Shown piece by piece: positions 55,017-64,000 of a stretch of DNA of 64,000 bases. Origin of the DNA: Octopus vulgaris (taxonomy: Eukaryota). How positions within the stretch are numbered: the first letter of the stretch is position 1; each line of letters begins with the position of its first letter. The stretch spans positions 9,796,001 through 9,860,000 of the forward strand of contig OX597821.1 in the NCBI GenBank assembly GCA_951406725.2. The letters run 5' to 3'. The translations under genes and the position numbers were made by a program. The notes beneath the pieces are model-generated. The model ran no database searches. It saw nothing but the letters and a program-made list of their open reading frames with translations, and had not been told where the DNA came from.

Positions 55017-56040
55017 TTAGAATATTCGTAACTAGATAGACAGATAGATATAACTTGATTTTTACTAGTATAGCACTGCTTTAAGTAGATAACTAAGAGT
55101 TCTCACACTACAGTTATCTTTTTCCTTATATCTGCATCAGTTTTTTGAGAACAGGGAAATGAATAGTACTTATACGCTGCTTAATTGAGGCTTTATTTAA
55201 TTTCAAATTCATAATTTTAAATCTTAATTTTAAATCTTAATTTTAATTTTTAATTTTAATTCTTAACTTAATCTAATTTAAGTAGCATAACTTTAATAAA
55301 ATAAAATGAGTTACTAAAGCCCCATAATTCTATTTCAAAATTAAATAAATAAGGCTACTCCCTCGGTGATAATATGATTATCTTCATTATGATAGACAAT
55401 TCCCTAACACCTTGTAAATGATCTTCTAAGATTTGACCTGTAGTCCGTCAATGTATGAATAATAACGGCAACTCCTTAAGACAGTAAAATGAATAAATGA
55501 AATAAATAAATTTTAATGACTTTTTGATAAGATTATACTTAGATTTTCCTAATGTATTTTCTTTTGATTTTAGCCTTTGACCCCTAAACCCCTAACCTTG
55601 GTATCTCTTTAGATTCTCTTTTAATTCATAGCTGCTTTCAACAGCAATAAATTAGCTGTTTTACTGGTCAAAGAATAATATTCTCCTCTAGTTCCTAGAT
55701 GCCTGTAAATTAAAACCAGACTTGCCGTCTACTAATTCTTCTGTATAACTAGAACCCTCTTTTTTTCTTTTTCTTTTTTCCCTTCTTTCCCTATTTCTTT
55801 CTCTTTTCTCTTTTTTTTTTCTTCTTCTTATTCTCTTTTTCTTTTTCTTTTTCCTTTTCTCTTCTCTTTTAGTCCCCCCCCTTTTGCTCCCTCCTCCTTT
55901 ATTTTCTCTCTTTTCTTCTCTTTCCTTCCCTTTTCTGTTCTTTGCCTCTCTAGAAAGCCCTTCAGCCTTTAAAAGTTAAATAACTACAGTCTCTTGAAAA
56001 TAGCTGTAATGTGATTAATGTGGCAAATACCTAATCATAT

Positions 56041-56334
56041 AGCAAGAATTGATACCTACCTCATTGTGTTCAACCATTGATAAATTTATCGCCTGTGAAC
56101 ATGAAATTCCTCTTCATTTCTCTGGAAATTTACATCTACACCATTGGAAATTGTGCATCTATACAAAGGATTAATTCACCCTCTCTGTAATGCTAATAAG
56201 CAGGAATTGAGACCCACCTCGTTGTGATTAGCAATGGATAAATTTGTCGTCTGTGAGTATGTAATCCCTCCTCATATCTCTGGAAATTCATATGTACACT
56301 ATGGATTAAGTCACCTTCTCTGTGATGCTATTAA
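56041..56334. repeat. Imperfect ~158-bp tandem repeat in the PLE 3' region
   Basis: AGCAAGAATTGATACCTACCTC...TCTCTGGAAATT...GGATTAA...TCTCTGT recurs from 56199. Confidence 0.8.
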
Positions 56335-56480
56335 AACTTTTTTAAAATTCTGTGATAAGACTGTACATCATCTTTAAAGAACTTTAATGAACTTTGGAAA
56401 TCTGTTTATGTTACTTAATTATATACATTACTTCATGAGTATAGCCTCAACCACTAGGATGTCTAGAGAACTCACATGTA

Positions 56481-56571
56481 TTTTAGCTGATGAGTACGGG
56501 ACACGTTTATATGCTGCAATTTTTGCAACTTTTAATAAAGCCTGTCCTTGTATGAAACGATTGTACTAAAA
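56481..56571 (+). ncRNA. Type I hammerhead ribozyme with a ~60-nt extended stem II in the 3' pLTR
   Basis: TTTTAG-CTGATGA-GTACGGGACA...TGTCCTTGTAT-GAAAC-GATT-GTA-CTAAAA: perfect 6-bp stem I, complete core, predicted cleavage after 56565. Confidence 0.78.
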
Positions 56572-56717
56572 ACCTATCCATTCTTGTTGCTTTTTTCTCG
56601 CTTATAATCACCCCACATTACTGTATTGTTAAAACCGTATAGTTTTTTGGTGCATCTAAGTTAGGTACCATATTCAAGTAAATTCATTTAAATTAACTTA
56701 AATCTTTATTGCTTTTT

Positions 56718-56718
56718 G

Positions 56719-56757
<39 letters not shown>

Positions 56758-56862
56758 TTGTATATATATATGTATATATATATATGTATATATATATTTA
56801 TACGTATGTATATATATATGTTTATATATATATATGTATATATGTAAATATATATATGTATA

Positions 56863-56949
<87 letters not shown>
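56718..56949. repeat. Long interrupted (TA)n microsatellite, one of many TA/CA/TACA tracts in the window
   Basis: Directly visible. Confidence 0.95.
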
Positions 56950-56952
<3 letters not shown>

Positions 56953-56964
56953 TTTACTTCACGA

Positions 56965-58412
56965 ATGCTTTTTAGCAATTGCCATTTGGTGTATGAGAGA
57001 GTTCAATGCACCTGCCCTCATCTGCACCTCCTGCCGTGAAGTTGGTTCATCTGGTACACCTGACAGGAAGAGATCCAGTTTTATTTTAAAGACATTTGCA
57101 TCCACCCCATGCAGGTCTTTCAGGTTCTTCGGGAGGATATTGAAGAGCTATGGGCCTCTGAAGCCCAGGCTATCACAGTATCTTGTCCTACATCTTGATG
57201 GCAAAATTGGAGTCCTTGGCACCATGCAGTGGCGCCCAGTTCTAGCATTTGTATAACTCTCGATACCAAAGTTTGGGACAAGTCCTTCTAGGATCTTCCA
57301 GATTTATATTATGGCATATCTTTCTCTCCTACGCTCCAAGGAATAGAGTCTTAATCTATTGAGTCTTTCCCAGTAGCTTATATGCTGCACAGAGGCTATC
57401 TTCTTCGTGTAGCTTCGTTCGATCGCCTCAAATTCTGCGATTAACTTGACACTGAATGGTGACCATAGCTGAGAGCAATAGTCAAAGTGGCTTAGGACAA
57501 GTGTCCTCCAGAGGACCATCATGGTTTCCTGGTCTCTTGTTCTAAAGGTTCTAAGAAACCATCCGGTCAGCCGCCTACATTTCATTGCCAATTTAGCAAC
57601 ATGCACATGAAAGGTTGCATCATCACTCATGTACATACCCAGGTCTCGCACTGATTGTGCCTCTGGGATTGCAATCCCTCCAGGTCCAGTGTATTTATTG
57701 GGTATTGCATTTAGTTTTGCATGCTGATAGCATAAAGCTTGAAACTTTTCAGCATTGAAATGCATGCTATTCTTTTCAGCCCACTTGTATATTTTGTCCA
57801 GCTCACATTGCAGGTGCTTAGTGTCTTCAGGGTTCTGTATTGCCTGTGAAACTTTTCTATCATCTGCATAACTTGTGATCGTAGCCTTCTGCGTGGCTGA
57901 GGGCATGTCTGAGAGGACCATTATAAACAGCAGTTGTTCCAAAACAGTGCCTTGCGGAACACCTCTCACTATTGGCTACTACCACCTGACCTCTATCCTT
58001 CAGAAAGTCATGAAGCCACTCTCCCAATTTTCCAACTATGCCAAGATCACGCAGTTTGTGACATAGCATTCCATGATCGACTTTATCAAAGGCCATTACA
58101 AAGTCGAGATATATGACTTCCACATTTGAGTGGTAGAGGAGTCGTTTCAGCATCCAGTCATAGTGTTGTAGGAGCTGAGTTAAGCAGCTTCTTCCTGGTC
58201 GGAAACCATGTTGGGTGTCAGGCTGCAAGTCATTTTCTTCAAGGAAGGTGATTAGTTTCCTTCTGACTATTCGTTCCATGACCTTGCTGATGTGTGAGGT
58301 CAGAGAGATAGGTCTGTAGTTCTTGGCCTCCGCTCTGCTACCTCCTTTATGTATTGGGCATATTTTACCTTCCATCAGTTTTGTTGGAAGTTTGCCAGTT
58401 GCAAGGAAGCTC
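56965..58412 (-). mobile_element. 5'-truncated CR1-group LINE, disrupted ORF2 reverse transcriptase
   Basis: NYRPISLTS, QHGFRPGRSC, YLDFVMAFDKVDH, GVPQGTVL, SYADD, RDLG and LERRR. Deletion/frameshift near 57965 and in-frame stops further 3'. Confidence 0.93.
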
Positions 58413-58419
58413 ACAAAAT

Positions 58420-59700
58420 TCAAAGATAGACCAAACACATACAAATCTTATATACTAATTTATATTTAAACGGTCCGACATTTAAAAAAAAAATTAAATT
58501 CAGTAATATATAAGTATCATATACAAATAAAGATATAAAGTGTGCATATAACACGCTTAAAACCGTTAGAATAAGAGAAATAAATATAATGATAATAAAA
58601 TAAAAATGTGGCATATCAAAATACGAATAAAATTCCGGCGAATAGTACATAGATTATAATACATATAGAGGCTTACAAAAATACAAGATATACAGAATTC
58701 CATCTACGGGCCGTTTCGAGGATGTGCCAATTAATATTAGACATATCAGTACTTACAATAGTACTTACAATTGACACTCTCCTTATCAGGATGTCCTATA
58801 CAACACATATAAAACATGAACAAATACACAATCACATACGGGCCATTCTCAGAACACGGCATTTACGTTCTCCCAGAAATGTTTTCATCGATCCTGAATG
58901 GAACTTTATACGCATACAATTCGATCCAGCCGTCATAGTAAATTGTATGCACACAGCGCCATCTGGAACATTTCACTTCAGCACTTAACTTATTTTATTT
59001 TATTTTATTTCAATTTTATAAATTCTCCCACACATGCAAAGCCACATATTCAGGTTCGAGTCCTCGACTAACAGAAATTTTTTAAATAATTATATTACTT
59101 TAGTTTTAACTCGTTTACCACTCACTATACTTACTAAACTTAATTCAATTGTTATTGCTTAGCTCTAACTTTTATTGCTATTTCTATTTCTAAATTTCCT
59201 ATGGAACGTCGAGTGGATCTTATGCGTACACGCCGGTATTGCATCAATGAACCTATTTAACACTGCGTTGTTGTAATTTTTCAATATAGTATATGCCTTC
59301 CTTATGCATAAACCGCATCTAGTGGACCAAATTCTATAAGGGGAGGCATGCGCAAGGATAGCCCATGCTATTTTAAATTCAACATTCCTTTCCTTAGTCA
59401 TTAACATGTAATGCCAATGTTGTAGTTGTGGAAGTTGTGTTAGTAGTATTTTGGTTAGTGTTAATGGGATTGGTAGGGTTTCTGTTGTGGACTAAAATAT
59501 AGGTTTCGTTTCTTGGATGCTCAAAGGTGAGTGAGGGATAATAGGATAGTTTTAAGGTAGATCTATTTAAAAAAGAGTAATATTTATGTTGACGGGGTAA
59601 GTTGGAGTCCTATATATTAAAAAATGATTTAGCTAAGTTCTTAACGTTTAGTGCGAATGGGTGTGTGTAACATGGAATAGAGCGTCCACCACATTTTGTG
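58420..59700 (-). mobile_element. Degenerate Naiad-like PLE 3' part with pLTR
   Basis: HPFALNVKNLAKSFF...HKYYSFLNRSTLKLSY and FKIAWAILAHASPYRIWSTRCGLCIRKAYTIL...VLNR...CTH parallel the 53-kb ORF. Hammerhead relic lies downstream. Confidence 0.8.
58701..58793 (-). ncRNA. Degenerate type I hammerhead with long stem II
   Basis: Minus strand CATC-CTGATAA-GGAGAGTGTCAATT...AATTGGCACATCCTC-GAAAC-GGCCC-GTA-GATG, with the core G8 apparently mutated. Confidence 0.55.
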
Positions 59701-59886
59701 GTTGTTTAAGGGTAGTGTTATCTATATTTTAAGACCTTCATGGGGCGGTTAACTCACATGTCAGTATTATATATTTCTCGTTTAAAGCATTAAGCGTTTT
59801 GAACTTTATCTCTTGCAATATAGGCACCTCAGCACATCCAGTCACATTTTAGCGAAGTCTTTCCAGTGTGGAATTATATTGACCCA

Positions 59887-60266
59887 GGAGGCGCAATGGC
59901 CCAGTGGTTAGGGCAGCGGACTCGCGGTCATAGGATCGCGGTTTCGATTCCCAGACCGGGCGTTGTGAGTGTTTATTGAGCGAAAACACCTAAAGCTCCA
60001 CGAGGCTCCAGCAGGGATGGTGGTGATCCTGCTGTACTCTTTCACCACAACTTTCTCTCACTCTTACTTCCTGTTTCTGTTGTACCTGTATTTCAAAGGG
60101 CCGGCCTTGTCACTCTCTGTGGCACGCTGAATATCCCCGAGAACTACGTTAAGGGTACACATGTCTGTGTAGTGCTCAGCCACTTACACGTTAATTTCAC
60201 GAGCAGGCTGTTCCGTTGATCGGATCAACCGGAACCCTCGTCGTCGTAACCGACGGAGTGCTTCCC
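59887..60266 (+). mobile_element. Family C SINE with tail 2 (OR1/OR2-like), full length
   Basis: tRNA-like head and an 11-bp target-site duplication ATATTGACCCA (59876-59886 and 60267-60277). Confidence 0.92.
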
Positions 60267-60754
60267 ATATTGACCCAAGATGCTTATACAAATTCATATG
60301 TGTGTGTTTGCGTGAGTGTGAGTGTGCGCATGTGTTTGTATTTTAATATTCGTTATACATTACATTTTTTTCGAGTCAGACTCCAATTTAGAATTTTACA
60401 TATCCAAGTACAAGATCTTCAGTTAAGTTACGACTAGGAAGTGATTGATGCGACCAAAGTAAAATATATATTATTAATCTCTACTATTGTGTTGAAAACA
60501 CTTTTTACCGACATTTAAATATTAATCGGATATAAAAGCAGCTATTTGAGTGCATGCTTATGCATGTGTGTACGTGTGTGCGCACGTGAGAGATATGCAT
60601 GCTGGTATACTTTAGCGATACACCTTCCTACGTGAAGGAAAACTAATTGCAATCCAACAGAATTTACGTCATAAAGAGTTTACAAAATAAACAAATTCGT
60701 CCTTTGGTTTATTGGAAATTTAAGAACATTCAGTTTTGAAATCAAACACATTCT

Positions 60755-61030
60755 TACATGCATTCATGCATACATATATACATACATATATACATTCATA
60801 CATGCATACATACATACATGCATACATACATAAATACATGCATATATACATACATATGATCATACATATATACATACATACATACATACATACATGCATA
60901 CATATATACACGCATACAAACATACACACATGCGTACATACATGCACATATTCATGCATGCAAACACATATACATATATACATTCATACATGCATACATA
61001 CGTATCCATGTATTATATGCACGCATATAA
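60755..61030. repeat. Degenerate (CATA)n tetranucleotide repeat
   Basis: Directly visible. Confidence 0.9.
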
Positions 61031-61796
61031 ACACATCTTTTTGAAATTAGACTGTTCTTTTATGTGCGGTAAGCCTTGAATCCTCATAGTAAATTTTTAT
61101 CGTCTCTTCCGTTCCTGCATTAGCATTATAAAAGAAAGTTTCGAAAAGAAATTCCTCAATTGGCAACATTTATAAAAATCTAATAATCAATATGTCTCTA
61201 TAGGATAATGAAAAAAATATATATGACTTCCTATCATTTTCCTTCATCTTGTCATGATCTTTGACGGGGCTTATGCCCTAAATATAATATGTATGTTCGA
61301 AATGGAATAATGTAATTCTGGACACAAACACACACGCACACGAACACTCACGTACTCAAACAGTAAGAGAAATACATTTGTGTGAATATATATATATATT
61401 TGCGTGTGTGGTATGAGGTTTATATGTACTATGTCGGCATGTCTAATTCTCTCCTCTATATGTGTCATTCTAACACTATTCGCATTTTGTAATATTTCTG
61501 CTTATTGTGCATATCTTATAAGGGGTTTTATATGATCTCTTCCCTTCCCCTCTCTACTCCGTTATTCCACTATCATTTTAACTTCTCTTAATTCTACATT
61601 CTCATTATTTATTCCCTTCTCTCACATAGGCAAACATACCTTACGATATTGTTATAACCGGATTTCCATTTGTCATGCATTGCCTCTCGTTCTTTGTGAA
61701 AAGTTGTCATTAAGTTACGATTGAAGTCATAACTTCTGTGTTAAAATTAGAATTAAAAGAAGGTACTTTCCTTCCTTTTATTAGACGTTCATACCT

Positions 61797-62013
61797 ATTT
61801 CTTTACTACCCACAAGGGGCTAAACAGAGAGCGGACAATCAAGGACAGACAGACGGATTAAGTCGATTACATCGACCCCAGTGCGTAACTGGTACATGAA
61901 AAAGATGAAAGGCAAATTCAACCTCGGCGGAATTTGAACTCAGAACGTAATAGCAGACAAAATACGGCTACGCATTTTTCTCGGCGTGCTAACGTTTCTG
62001 CCAGCTCACCGCC
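61797..62013 (-). mobile_element. Family B SINE
   Basis: Reverse match to 4834-5070, flanked by the direct repeat ACGTTCATACCT (61785-61796 and 62015-62026). Confidence 0.88.
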
Positions 62014-62521
62014 AACGTTCATACCTTAATATAAGTTACATGGTGATTCGAGTAATATGATTTTACGGTAAAAGAATCCTTCGAGATGTTTTCCTACATT
62101 GTAATTTTGATATCTATAATCTGTCTCACTGTTTCCACCTATGTTGAAACGTATAATTTTGAAGTCTAACCTAATATATTATACCTAAATATTCTTGCAA
62201 GATAAAATAAATTATGATTAAATCCTGTCCGTTGCCTCAACAACGTGTTAAAATTCAAAACTGTTTTATTACATTGAAAAATCTGAAATTTCGAATTAAT
62301 TAATATCTTGTATTTATTTCAGGTGCGTGTTCGATTTAAAGATTCAACACTCCTAGAAACAATTTTGCGTCTGTCTCCAAAATTTATCTTCGCTAAACGA
62401 CACTATTTTTCTAACTATAACATGGCTTATTGAGAAAATGATCATACATACATAATTATTCGTGTCCATTATTGAATCATTAGATTCTTGTAAATCCGAG
62501 TGTGAGTGTGTATATGTATAC

Positions 62522-62607
<86 letters not shown>

Positions 62608-62652
62608 TTGTGTGTCTGTATGCGAATAGGTATGTCTATATTATACGTAGGT

Positions 62653-63035
62653 GGAGGCGCAATGGCCCAGTGGTTAGGGCAGCGAACTCGCGGTCATAGG
62701 ATCGCGGTTTCGATTCCCAGACCGGGCGTTATGAGTGTTTATTGAGCGAAAACACCTAAAGCTCCACGAGGCTCCGGCAGGGGATGGTGGTGATCCCTGC
62801 TGTACTCTTTCACCACAACTTTCTCTCACTCTTACTTCCTGTTTCTGTTGTACGTGTATTTCAAAGGGCTGGCCTTGTCACTCTCTGTGTCACGTCTGGA
62901 TATCCCCGAGAACTACGTTAAGTGTACACGTGTCTGTGGAGTGCTCAGTCACTTACACGTTAATTTCACGAGCAGGCTGTTCCATTGATCAACTGGGACC
63001 CTCGTCGTCATAACTGACGGAGTGCTTCCATTTCC
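62653..63035 (+). mobile_element. Family C SINE with tail 2, full length
   Basis: Near-identical to 59887-60266, with target-site duplication ATTATACGTAG (62640-62650 and 63036-63046). Confidence 0.92.
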
Positions 63036-64000
63036 ATTATACGTAGATGTTTGTGTGTATATTCAATTGAGTGTGCATGTACATACTATATCACGTTTAA
63101 AACGTAGCATAGCTCAGCTAAAGTTTAAGGATCCTTCCCATGTATCATATGTACATAGGGGCTCAAGGTACACACAATACGTCAACTCTGTTCCAACGCT
63201 GGCATATTTAAGCAGAGTACATTTATTTTAACTGGTTAACCCAAGGTCTGATGTGAAGAGGCTATCGTTGGAATCCCAGTCATGTCACCAATATCATCAT
63301 TTCTGAGAGAAACTGTGAGAACAGAGATAGTAAAAATGACAGCATTTATGCCATAAGTGTACCATTTATCAAAGAGTGATAGAGACACATTAAAATACAC
63401 ACAAACAGATCAGGGTTCGTATCTCCAAATAACGTGACTGCGTGGTAGAAGTTGATCTGCAGAAATAGATAACGGTTCCAACGCACATCTCGCAGAACTT
63501 GTTTAGACAAGATATTATCTTGCTAAGGCAGGAAAGCAGCAGCTGAAGATGACGGTGTCCTAAGAGAAGATGGAGTAGCCTCAAAAGAAGATTAGAATCA
63601 AGTTCCTGGCGTCGGTAGAGAATTTCTGCAAGAATGGGCGAAGAACAACTGTTTTGCAGCGTATGGAGGGTAGGTTGGCAGTCAGTTGTTTAGATATTTC
63701 CAGAGCACGCAGGAGAAAAGCAATGAAGATCCTGTTGAAAACTCTTCAGTATGGATTGAAAGAGGTAATCGGTGGGGATTAGGTAAATGCCAATTGAGAA
63801 GAAGCTTAAGCGCGATCGTCTTTGATAATTGCCTGAATAGGATGCATTGTTGTTAGACGAACCAAGTGGTTCTGAGGCTCAGCAGTTACTATGGTTTCTG
63901 TAGATGTATACTGAACTAAGGAAGAGTTATTCAAACGAAAGTCTGTTAAAGCTTTAAATGAATTTCGTCCTGATCGGTTAATTTACTGCTCAGTATATCA

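Larger units (their letters stand above)
52827..56718 (+). mobile_element. Young 5'-truncated Naiad-like Penelope-like element with inverted partial pLTR at the 5' end
   Basis: 52827-53033 is the reverse complement of 56395-56601 (207 bp). The RT-EN frame lies between them and TA-rich microsatellites flank the element. Confidence 0.92.

Noticed and set aside
55581-55598. Telomere-like CCCCTAAACCCCTAACC
   Set aside because: Only two imperfect units, compatible with chance.
59887-59965. tRNA gene
   Set aside because: It is the tRNA-derived head of a SINE, followed by SINE body and flanked by a target-site duplication.
63390-64000. GC-richer stretch, possibly an old LINE remnant
   Set aside because: No recognisable RT or endonuclease motif could be read in any frame I checked.

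Overview
AT-rich, microsatellite-dense eukaryotic non-genic DNA. The SINE families resemble octopus tRNA-derived SINEs, so the source is probably Octopus (recognised from memory, not by database search). No intact host gene is supported, and most short ORFs are translated microsatellites. The window holds three tRNA-head SINE groups, three mariner remnants (one interrupted by a non-autonomous Helitron), two CR1-group LINE pieces, one Neptune-like and three Naiad-like Penelope-like elements (PLEs), and several local duplications. The best-preserved element is a 5'-truncated Naiad-like PLE (52827-56718). It has an uninterrupted RT/GIY-YIG frame, two long Asn-rich inserts and an inverted 207-bp terminal repeat carrying a type I hammerhead ribozyme with an extended stem II. 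Reading both strands shows nine hammerhead motifs plus one weaker candidate, in apparently unrelated PLE-type terminal repeats and mostly beside (TA)n tracts. They range from forms with no stem III loop to forms with long stem II insertions.
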